DNA of 64,000 nt from Candidatus Omnitrophota bacterium (GTDB lineage: Bacteria > Omnitrophota > Omnitrophia > Omnitrophales > Aquincolibacteriaceae): assembly GCA_903884815.1 (NCBI GenBank), contig CAISGE010000043.1, positions 701-64,700 of the forward strand, given 5' to 3'. The notes beneath the pieces are model-generated. The model made no database searches and had not been told where the DNA came from. It saw only the letters and a list, made by a program, of their open reading frames with translations. Within the stretch, counting starts at the first letter, position 1. Every line of letters starts with the position of its first letter. A program made the translations under genes and the position numbers. This document shows, one piece after another, positions 38,101 to 50,100 of this stretch.

Positions 38101-41100
38101 ATCTTGCGGGCCCAGGTTTCGGGGACCGCGCGACCCGAGGCCAAACCGACCACCTTGGCGCCAGGCGGCAGCTCGCGGAACAAGGGTCCCCAAAGATTGA
38201 GCTTCAGGAACTGATCGTAATCATCCGGAACCACGCTGTTTTGCCCGGGAGCCATAGCGTCATAAACCCGTTGCCATTGTTTCTGCGGGGTCGTGGGGCT
38301 TTCAGCCAAACGAAGCTTCATGTTGCCTCGCGGCAGCCGCGTTTCCGCCCGACCCGGAGAATCCCCGGGAGCTGCCGGCACCGCGATTGGTTGTGCGGGA
38401 CTCGCTTCAGACCGTTCTGTTTTCAATACATTCTTAACCTCAGGAAAGATTCCTATTCTCTTTAAAAGCTCTTCCGCCAAGGGCAAATCTTCCCGAACGC
38501 CACGAGCCATCAACCAAAAACCACGACATACATTCCACACGGTCAAAAACAGTATTTTGATCTGGAAAGCGACCGACCAGTGCACCCTTTCATAGTGGTT
38601 GTACGCAATGCTTGGCCTCACATAGCTTGAAGCAAGAAAACCTTTTTGCGTGGAAGCGCCAAGAGGAAACTGCGCCTTGAAATAGCTAAAAAGTCCGGGC
38701 TTTCTGAAAGCCAGGATCGCATCCAGATGTTGCCGCGTTGTTTCGCCCTTGAGCAACGGCCTAGGGCCAAAAAAAGTCATTGAGCCTTCGATGATATTGA
38801 AAAGCTGGGGCAATTCATCCAAGCCCGATCTCCTCAGGATCGCGCCAAAGGGTATAGAAAAGCTACCGAACGGCAACGTTATTTCTTCCTTATTCTTCTC
38901 TAGGGTTCTTAATTTATAGACCATGAAGAGTTTTCCCCGGTAGCCGACCCTTTGTTGTTTCAAGATCACCGGACTTCCGGAAAACAGCCAGATCAAACCG
39001 GAGATGATCAGAATCACGGGAGAGAAAAGTATCGCTAAGGAAAGCCCTGCCAGTACATCGAAGATCCGTGATCCCGTGATCGGCCGGAGTCCTTCAGATT
39101 TTTTGGCCCATGATCCGGTGCCTGACGTTCCTCGATCCATCACGAACGTCGCAAGAATGTTGGGATCCTGTTGCCCGTCAGCCGGCTCCCGCATCTCCGC
39201 CCGCTCCGGAGAATCCCCGGGGGCTGCCCGTGTGGCTGTGGAAGCGATCAACTCACCGACAGGCACCTTGTTGGCAGTCACCCCGGGGGATGTTGCGGAT
39301 TGATTGATTTTTTGGATACGCGATTCGGCACGACTGCCTTTGTCCTTTTCCACGCGCCCGGCGGGACTAAACCCGGCGTTGGCGAGATACTGCTCGACGT
39401 TCTTCCAGTGGCTCATCGGGAAAAGGTGGATCCCCGTTACACCCGGCAGGAGCAAGGCCTTTTCAAACCGGCCGCGATTGTAAGAATCCCGGAACTTTCC
39501 GAACGCCTCGGGCTGCTTTACCTTGAAGGCCTCCGCTCTTTGCCAAGCATCGAGCGATTTTGCGGCCTCGGGATCGCGATAGGGATCCACTCCCATGAGA
39601 TGGCACCAGAAGCGGAGGTTCTTCGCACTCGATATCTCGGTCATGCCAATCTTGAATTGGAGGTTATCCATTAAGCCTGCGGCTTGAGCGGCATCCCAAG
39701 TTTTCCGGAACTCGCCGGGGAAAAGTGGCGGCTGGGTGTAGATCACGGTCGCACCCGCTTTTTTCTTCCTCGTCAGATCCTGGAGGGCATCTCCCGCATG
39801 GGGATTCCAGGTCGCCCAGATCTGAACATTTGCCGGAATCTCGCCGTTTTTCTTCATCTTGACCGCTTCTTTGATTGCCCAGTCGGTCTGGACCAGGAAT
39901 TGAGCGAGCGGTGTTTTCCTCAAGGGGTGCCCCCCGCCCATGAAGAGAAGCGCCTTCGTCTGGGGCCGGTTCCCAAGGTCCCGGATTATATCGAGTACAT
40001 CGAACGCCGACTGGGTTTGAAGCGCCACGGTCGCGACAAAATCCGTCCCAGGCAGTGGCATTTCCCGAATCTTCTCAAAACGCCCGACCTCGCTCCACAT
40101 GTCGGCGATTTTGACGGCGCGCGGGTCCTGAGAATTTTCAATCTTTTCGCCCCGACGACGCATGAATTCCTGGAACCCCCGGGGATACGGGAACGAGTCC
40201 TTGCGAAGCTTTTTTCCACGCATCATCAAAGCGGCATCTTCGACCCAAGCCGGAACTTCCGGAGCGCTCCGCGTGCTTGTCCCGTCAATCCACCCCGCTC
40301 CGTATAGCTGCATGAACGCGTCCCTTTCAGCAAGATACTTTTTCATGGATGCGGGATCATCCAACCGCGGCGCCGCAAGTTCCGCCGTCACGGTGAATTT
40401 CTTTTCGCTTACCCTCTCAGACAATCGCCCCAATCGGTTTCGCGTCTCGAATCGCAAAGAATCTCCGGGGACTGCCGGCGTGACTGCAGGAGCGATCAAC
40501 TCACCGACAGGCACCTTGTTGGCAGTCACCCCGGGGGATGTTGCGGATTGATTAATTTTTTGGATACGCGATTCGGCACGCGAAGCTTCAGCATCGGAGC
40601 GAGCGGCATCTGCTCCCGCGCCACTTGATACCGTGTCAGCCGAAGCATCGGTTTCTTTGGCTGCATTATTTGCCTCGATGAAAGCCTCGGCTTTATCCAG
40701 CGCGACATCCAATTGTCCTGGGGAAGGCTTGTGCCAAAGACGGGAATCCGGCCAATAATCCGCCAGGGGGCCGGCGACACTGCGATACCCGAGCGCCTTG
40801 AACACAAGCCTCTCCAAGACCTGAAACCAGAAAAATATTCTCTCGAAGAATCGAACCACGGGATTTCGTGTGGATTGCCGGCGGCCCTCCGGGAGATAGT
40901 CGATATCCGTCTTCACCCAGAGCTTCCACTTGCCATCCTCCGGATCATACGTCAATACCGTCATCGCGGCATTCTTGAGATTCCCTCTTTCAAAATGTTG
41001 GTAGACCGCGTCGAACTGGGAGGAGGGGATCTCCAGCATGTTCATGAGGTCCATCAAAAAATCAAGCCTGTGCACACCGATGAGAAATGTCTTTTCCGGA

Positions 41101-44100
41101 CGCGTGGGGATCTCTTTCAAAAACAGGAGCGCCTTGTCCTTTTCGGCCTGGGATCCGGAATAACCTTCGATCTCGTACTTCGCGGGATCTCTCCTGAAGA
41201 TCCTGAACATTTTCGCCCGCGTGGACGCAACCCAACGGTAAGGATAACCGCCGAACCAGTCCAATTTCACTTCGCGCAAGCTCTCCAGAACCTCCGGCTT
41301 TTTGCCCGCCCGGCGCGCCAACGGAGAAACCGTTTGGTAGTCCCGCTCGAGATCGCTGGAGAGATAAGCCTCAAAGGTGATCTTCATTTTCTTGAAAAAA
41401 GCCACCAGGGCCGCGACCTGAAGACGCCCGAAAATCGTCAAGGGCGAGAACATGGAATGATCCTGATGGTACTCAAACTCATTGGACCCGGAACGCCCGT
41501 GGGATACAAGGGTCACAAGCTTTCGCCCCGGCTTTTCCGCAAGCCATTGGCGCATGTCCTCATATTGATCAAAGAAATTTTCGGCAAACATGTATTCCGG
41601 ATTCAGGCGCTTTATTTCCTCGGACGTCAATTGCTTCGGTTTATCCCGATTCTCAGAGCGGCGTGCAACGCCAACTTGAACCGGTTTCAACCGCGTAGGT
41701 TGAAGGGGTTTATGCGGCAGGACCTCACGAATTTGCGGCATGTAGATCGCCCCCAGGGCTAAAAGAATATCCCCGGCTACAGTGAAACCGATCTGAAACC
41801 ACCAGTCCTGGATCCAAAAAACAGGATTCATCATGAGCCACGCGCTGTCTTGGTGTAACTGAAGAACAATTGGAAGGTTCACAAATGCCGTCGCGAAAGA
41901 AAGCGCCAGTTTTAGGCGCGTGACACCGGAAACCAACGGTAAAGTTCCCTCAGGCCGCGAAGATGCGTAGGGATTAAAATCAGCTTCGGAAATCGCGGCG
42001 GATTGCGCCTGGCCGTCTCTACTTTCTGAACGGTCAAGCGGTTCAAGACGGACCCAATACGAATCCTGAAGGCGGGAATCCCGAGGAAATCTCGAAGGGG
42101 TCAGTTGCGCGTCCAGGATGACGCCCTTGTCGGTGCGCCCTTGAAAATATTTTTTCCATGTCGGGGTCTGCCGGGTCCAAAAAAAGACGGAGTCAGCTCC
42201 CTTCTCCTGCATCGCGGCAAAAAAGGTATCCCGGAAGAAAACCCAGTCCTGATCCGGACCGTCCGGCCGCGTCACAAGAGCCTGAAGCACCACTTTCTTG
42301 TAGGTCTCACGGGTTCCTTCTTTCTCATGCCCCCAAGGCGTGAAAAACAAGATCCCGTCGAGCTTCATGTCCGCGTCAAACATCGCCCAGACCGGCTCGC
42401 CGTAAGACAGAGTCTCCCTCAAGATCTTCTCCGTCATCCAGAAGCCGTCCCGCCCGTGGTCTTTCGCTTCGATCGCCTCAAGGCTCGCAAAAACTTTTGC
42501 GAGCACGGCCTCATCCGTTATCTTGGACAGATCCGCGATGATCAGCCCGTCCGGCCTTTCCGCGATCACCGCGCCGGCAAGATCTTCTTTGCGAAGCTCT
42601 GAGCGGATGGCCCCAGAAAATTCCCGGAATTCCGCGCGGGGATTTCCGGGAATGGTTCCGGGTTGAATGGCTTGCCGCACTTCAGAGCGCTTCTCTCCTC
42701 TTTCACGAACAAAATCTATCGTCTTGCCCAAGACCCGGAATAAGGCCTCGTTGTCTTCGAAAAGAATCCCCGCCTCCGTAATGGCTTCCCGCACGTGATA
42801 ATCGGACGGGATCGGCTGACCATTCCAGACCAGTTCCCGGCAATGCTGCAAGGTGAACTCGATCGCCTCCCGACGCATCCGCTCGATCAGCTGTTCTGCC
42901 AGTAAGCGCGCCTGGATCAGCTCGATCCCCATTAGAAAGAATGTCTTGTCGTCGGGCAAGGAAGGCATTTCCGCGGGCGGACGATTCCCATGCTTGCGAT
43001 CGAGCGCTTTATTGATGACGGAAGCGTCAACCCTCTCCAGGGTCGCCAGGATCTCCAGGGAAGCCAGGATCTTCCGCAACTTTTCTTTTGAAAGTTCCAT
43101 GAACGGAGGGCCGTCATCCAACATGTCCGGGGATTCTTCATCCGAGGCCATTTGTGAGATCATCTTCTCCACCTCTGACCGGTGCTGAAACTCCCTTTGA
43201 TCCACGACCCATTGGACCACAATGATCGCGTCTTCAATAAGCCGGCGCTCGGCTTCGGCTGTTTTTCCGGAAAGGCCCTGCCCCGCCAAAGCTTCTCGGA
43301 CGGATACGATCGCTTTTGACCGACCCTTCTCGAGCGGCTGCCCGCCATGGAGGACCTTCTCATAGGCCCTGAGCGTACGGATCACTCCGTCAAGAGCCGA
43401 GCGTCTGCCGATGACTTTCCCATTTCCGTCTTTCGGCATCAGTGCCACGCCCAGCGCTTTCGCCTCTTTTTTTTGATCCGGCGAAAGGTCCTTATAATCG
43501 ATCTTATACCGCATCTCCGACCGGGTGGCCTCAGCTGCGGCGATCGCGCGCAGAATATCCGCTTCCCGGATCTTTTTCAGGGAGAGAAGTTCTTCAAAAG
43601 CACTCCGGATACCGGCTTGGAAATGCTCCGACAAGGGAGTCCCGTCGCCATTCTTCATCTCAAAGATATCTTCGGCGCCAAAACTGCGGGTCTCCACGGG
43701 AACGTCGTCGATATTGATCTTGAGCTCATCCAAAACCCGGGTCACGACATGCATGCGGCCAAGCCCGTTGGGCATATGGACAAGCAGCCGTACATTTCCC
43801 TGCTTTTCCGAGGGAAGGAATTTGAGCGAGGCCGGACCGCCGCTGTCCTCGAACGTATCAAACTCATAAGGCCGTCCCTGCGCCGCAAAGAGCGCCCGCA
43901 GCTTCGGCATGTAATCCTTCTCGACGACGATTTCTCTCAGGGCCTTCGTCAGAGCTGCCACAAAATCATCCGAGACCCCCATCTCTTCACCTTCCTGGCC
44001 GACCTGGTAGACCATAAAATGGTCGAAGGTCTTCCCGTCAAATCCCGTCACGTCCGCGTCATGAATACTGAGACGAAAACCAGCAAACACCCCCGTGAGA

Positions 44101-47100
44101 CGTGCGAGTATCCCGGGCTCGTCGAAGGGAACACCGACCGCGATGTGGAGAAAGTGCTGATCGGCCCGCGAATAACCCTCCTCCGAGTGTAAGACGCTGA
44201 CGAGCGGGATCCCCTGCCGGTCCACCGGCATCTCTTCTAGCTTATTGAAAAGGACCAGGTGTTCTTGGATCATATCCGGCCGAAAACGACGGAGATAATC
44301 ATAACCTTTCAGTGCGGCGAATTTCCCGAGCTGTTTGCGGGCCTCGGCGAGGGCCGCCTCAGACGGATAATATCGCTTTAATTGATCGAGCAGTTCCTCG
44401 GTGTAAGCCCTGTTCTTCTCATCGCGGCGGCGAAGGATCTTTTCCCGTGAAAGTGCATTAAAGCCGCTTTCAAAGAACGCCTGAAGCTCGAGAAAGAACT
44501 CCCGCGTCCGTTCCAGAATGATCGGATTGACCCAAGCCTCAGGCGCTCTCCCCATCAATTCTGCGTTCCGGTCGGGATGCGTTCCGAGACGGTCGGCGAG
44601 CGTTATCGCGGCAAAAGCGCGGATCAAGGAACGGGGATCGAGCCCTTCTTCCGCGCTCATCGCAAGCCGCGCCTGCCAATCGAAAAGCGCGCTTTCGATC
44701 AGTTCCCTGAAATTCTGGATAATGGAATTACCGTGTTGGTGATACCAAATGATGAATTGAAGGAATGCAAAGGTCCGGAATTCGTCCGCGGCAAACTGGG
44801 TGAGAAGCCCCGCTCTCTCAAGGATTTGGGGCAGGAGTGTGATCGCGCCGCGGATCTGATGGGACACCTGGAATTTCGTCAGGATCAACTGTTTGCCGAC
44901 GTCGTGGAAAAGAACTCCCAGGCGCATCCTCGCAAGCCATTCCGGATCTTTGGCCGACTCGTGAAACCCGACGGCCCCGAGAACCTGGGAAGGCGCTCCG
45001 TTCGGCGGCAAGTCCCCGAACGTGAGCTCCTCGAAATTATCAAACGCGTAAAGCGCGTGATTGCTCACGCGATAATAATGCCAGTACGCATTGTCATCAT
45101 AGATATTATCAAGCTCCGCGAACTCCGGGCTCATCAGAGAAAGCAACCCCGTCTGATGCATCGCGTAGACCGCGTCAGAAATATCGGTCTGGACTCTCAG
45201 GAAACGCATGAATCCTTTCCAAAGTTCCCGGGCCTCCGGGCTATCGGACGCGACCGTTCCGGCGGCAGCCATGATCGCGATCTGATTAAACGCGCTCACC
45301 GGCTTCTTTGTCTCGGCGGACCGGATAAAAAGATCCATGACTCGCTCGGGATCGAATGTCTTTCCCGGATCAGGATCGATTATTTCCCGGGCAGTTTCCG
45401 CGATAGGCGTTTCCAAAATCCCGCTACCGATCTCATAAAGAAGATCGATAAAAAGGCGCGCTTTCAACAATGCGCTCTCAAACTCAGGACGGAACTCCCC
45501 TTGCGCCGGGCGTCCCCTTTCATCAACTTCGCTCAGCGTCTGAAGCGCTTCCTTCCAGCCCTTTCCTAAAACTTCTTCATTCAGACCTTTTTCATGAAGG
45601 AACTGCCTGGCAGCTTCAACAAGTCTTTGGTCCCCCATATTAAGCCACTCGCGCTCGATCTGCCCTGCTTCATTGGGAATGATCTCCTCAGGGCGGAGAA
45701 CTACTTCATCGCCACGGATGGTGATGCCAAAGGCTTTTTGAAGGAGAGGCAGCTGCTGCGTGATCAGGTAGGCGGCTTCCATGCCCGGATCGGGTTGTTT
45801 GCGGCCAAGATCCTTGTCCTTGGGACGATTTTTACTCCAGGCCCTCGCGGCTTTCGAAAAGCTGTCTTCATCCACCACGCGCATGTTGGAACGATTGGCT
45901 CGCAGACGATGACGGGAATCGACGCGGACGAGAACTTCATTTAAAACCTCGTCTGTGATCGTTTCGTGGCTGAACGCGAATTCCAGATCCTCCGCAAGAT
46001 CTTTCATTTCGCGACTGGACGGTTGACTTCCGTCAGGCCGGAGAACATGAATCGTATCCTGGATCTGGAGTCCCACCTTGCGGCTGTACCCCACCGTATC
46101 GATCGTGCTCCGGGGGCCCAACAATAAACCGTGCATGAGAAGAATATGCGCGATATCCGCCAAAGCGCCGATCCCGTCCGGCGTTTCAAGGTAGACAAAG
46201 TTCGAGTGCCCGTAGTGGCGCACCAGCACCTTCGTCGGCGGCAGCGGCATCAACGCCGGGCTGCGGAAAAAAGGCTTGTTCCGGTAGCCGGACCTGACCT
46301 TGCCGGCATCTTCCATAAGAAGCGCGGACCGGAATCTTTCCGTCAGATTTTCGCTGAATTTTGGATCTTCTTCCAAAGCCTGGTCCAGAAAATTGCGACG
46401 GACGATCATCGCATTGACCGTAATAGCCCCCTTGGCGAAGTGTTGCGGAAGAAGCGACAGAACGCTGAACTGTCCCTGCTTTCCGCTCGCCAGGACGGTC
46501 GCGATCCGGAAGAGACGCCCCGGCCGGTCCAAGCGGCTGCGGGACGCGACACGCAGCACCCACGTATCGGGGATGCCCGTCGCTTCCCAGTCAACCCGCA
46601 CCTCATCGTCCTCCAATCCCTCCGCAAAGCCAGGCAGCTGATCAAGAGGCACGTGTTCCCGGTAATACGTCTTCATTCTTTCCGGATCCATGAATTCCTC
46701 TTCCGTGATCTCAAGGAAAGGCTTGAGGCGGTTCAGATAGATTTCGGTCCGGCCCTTCTGGAAGGTCTCGATTTGGGTCAGGGTAAGGGCGACAAGCACC
46801 TGCCATCTGTGAAAATCGGGCCGGCCGGCGGCATCGCTCAGGTTATCTCTTTGGAACTCCAGGAACTCGTCGGGATAATAGAGCCCGCTGTTCTGCATCA
46901 AAGAAAAAAGGGCTGTGCGTTTTTCGATCAACCAACGGGCCTTACCGGCTTCCGCCGGATCAAGGCCGATCAAAGCGAAAACCTTGGACGGGTCGATCCC
47001 GGGGATCTTCTGATCGATCAGGGCATCCACCAGCATCGCCGCGCGCACGGGAGCCAGCCAATCCTCCGGGATCGAAAGGCGAGACGCTCCGGCCATCGGA

Positions 47101-50100
47101 CCGGTCACTTCAGCCTTCCCCCGGAGGCCGTCCAGAATGCGGGCATAATTGATCGATTGAACATCCAGCGTATGCTCGTATTTAAAATCCTGGACCACGC
47201 GATGGTTGAGTTCACGGTATCCGGGGACGATCTCTTCGAGAAGTCCCAACAGATGCGCCTGCAGCAAAAGATCCCCGATGGGACCCTTCGCGCGTAGGAT
47301 GGCGGCAAAAGCCGCCCGGGCCTGAGCGCGAAAGGCCTCGTCCCGGCCAAGATGCTCCAGAAAAGCAGCCCGGGCATTTTTTATGCCGTCCAAAAGTTCT
47401 CCCGTGAGGGCACAGTCGTGCTCGGCGGCAAATTTGAATATTTCAAGGATGTCGTCCGGACGGATACTTTGACCGGGATGCAGCGTGAGAACCGCTTCCT
47501 TCCGGTCTTCGGGAATAAGCACAGGCCCGTTTTCCGTGATCGTTTCCCCAAAGCGCTTGGCCTTCTCCACTCCCGGGAATGGGAATTTCTCATCGTCCCC
47601 ATCCGGCAGGAAATCGTATTGAAGCGGTGTGGTCTTCTGAAGGGCGCGGTCCAGGATCGTCGAGGCGTAGAGGTAAAGGGTTCTCTGCGCCCTGTGGAGA
47701 TCTTCGAGAAAAAGGACCACCCGCGCGTCTTCACCGGCACCGGTCTCTCGGTACATCCACTCCGCGAGCGCGGGCTGCTGCTCAAGCCCTAGCCGGTCGC
47801 TTGAGCCCCCTTCCTCCGCAGTCGGCAACGCCTGAAGTTTCCAGCGGATCTCACGGATATGCGCCGCGGCCTTCCGGGCTTCTTCAAATTCTTCGCGGGT
47901 CAGAAAAGCGATGTTGTGGCCGGAGGTCTGATCGATCGCGTCATTTTCATCCCGGAAGAACAAACGCACGACCCAACTCGCCACATCAAAATCCTTAAGC
48001 CCACCGGCTCCCCACTTGAGGTCCGGCTCGCGCTCCGCGAGTCCGCTGAAATAGCCCTCCTCCTGCCTGTGTTCGTCCCACGCATCCAGAATCTGTCGCA
48101 GGACCCGGGCTCTCTTCACCGGTTGATCCAGGTGGTTTTTCAAAGCCGTCTCCAACTCTGCAAACGGAAGACCCGGAGAGCTCACTTCCCGGGCGAACAG
48201 CAGCTGTGTCATGGCCTCTCTTTGGATCTCAGGGGCTGTGGTGCGATGCGTGGCTTGCATGCGAGCCGCGAAAGAAGCGCTCGACGCAGCGTTGAATTCC
48301 TTGGTCAGCCCCAGATCGGTTACAGTCACGGGGTTTTCAAATTCTTCTAGAGCGAAAAGATCCCAGGCCCCGCCCAGGACTCGGGACGATTCATAAACGA
48401 ACCCGCCGGGCGTGAAGTGATCCTTAAGGGATTCAACGTCTGCATGGGTCCGGACCACGACGAGCCCGTCATAGTCCGAGTGAGGTGCCACTTCCCGGCG
48501 CCCGTAACTGCCCGTAGCCACAAAAAGCATCGGTGGCGTATCGGGATAATTCCTGTGGATGTACCGTTTGAACTCCTCGGCCACTTTCGCCACATAGTGA
48601 TCCGCGAGGTCCGCGAGTGCCACGGACTTCTCCTCCCAAGGGGTATTACTTTTCAGAATCTTTTCCCGCTGGGCTTTGAATAAGGCGCCTTCCCGGCTGA
48701 TCCAATCGAGCTGATCATCCGGCAGCGTGGTATTCCGCGTCTCCGACCGGCGTCTGTGACGCCCGCGATCCCGAGGGCCGGAGCCACTAAATTCACGCAT
48801 AACATCGTTATAGTCCATCACCCATTCGTGCACGTCGGGGTCCTTACATCTCTCAAAAGTGTCGCGATCCCAAACCATGATGAGATAGTCCTTCGCCCTG
48901 GAAATGGCCACATTGATCCGGTTTCTTCCCTCCACCGGATCGGCCAAAAAGCCGACATTGTCATCCTCGTTGGAACGCACCCAGGAAACGATCACGGCTT
49001 TGTACTCCGAACCCTGGGATTTATTGACGGTCGTAACATCCAAAAGAGAAACCTCGATCTCATAGGCTGCCGGAAAGCTCCCTTCAAGTCCCAAAAATCT
49101 GAGGATCTCTGCAGCCTGGGTTCTACGGTCGCCTTCGCCCCGCCGAATCCTCCTGAGAGAGTCCTTGATCCCCCTGACTTTCTCCCTGCGCACCCCGCCC
49201 TTCTGCTGCCCTCGAAGACCCCGATAACCCGGATGATTGGCCATAAGCCAAGAATCGGCCCGATAATCGACCCTGGCTTCAAGGGCCTCCGACCCGAACA
49301 ACTCCTCAAACACTATCCATTCGTCATTGCTCAGTTCTTGTCCCGCCGCAAGCCGGACCAGATAATCATGGGCCTTTGATGTGGCGAGAAGACGGTCGCG
49401 GATCAACTCCACCTGATCCGCGTAAGGCGAGATCACGCCGATGTCTTCAGCGCCAAGATGTTTCTTGTTCATCAACCAATGAATATGCGTGATCACACGA
49501 TCCGCTTCTCCGGGATTTTTTTTGCCCCCATCATGATCCTCACTATTCGCGTTCTCATCATGGAAGCCGAAGCGCCCGTGAGTATTATCATCGATCACCA
49601 TCCCCGTGATCTCCCGCCCGGCCATCAGTTTGGGACGACCGGACTTACGGTAAAAATAGTTGATCAGACGTACGATCCAGCTGCCCGAACGCCGTTGAAT
49701 ATTCAGAAAGAAATAGGGTGCAAAAGAAACAAATCCGGCAAGGGCCAGCTCGCGCGGGTAAAAAAGATCCAGCGCTTTTTCCAGATAGGATTTTTTGTGA
49801 GCATTCCGTTTCTCCTTGTCCAGGATCTCAAGGAGCGTCCTTTGCCCGAAACGGGTCTTCAACTCATTGCCGGCAAAGATATTTCGGCCGAGCTTCTTTG
49901 CCTGATTCAGATATTTCGTAATAAATCTCCGGTCCTCATCACTGATCCCGAATGCCGGTAACTGGTCGGGATCGCCCACCACGATTATTTTTTTTACGCC
50001 TTGCAGCTGCGCAAAAGCGAAAAAGAACTCGGGGAGCGTCGCAAGACTGGCTTCATCAATGATCAGAACGTCGGTGTTCAGCAGTTCCGGCCGTGTCCTG

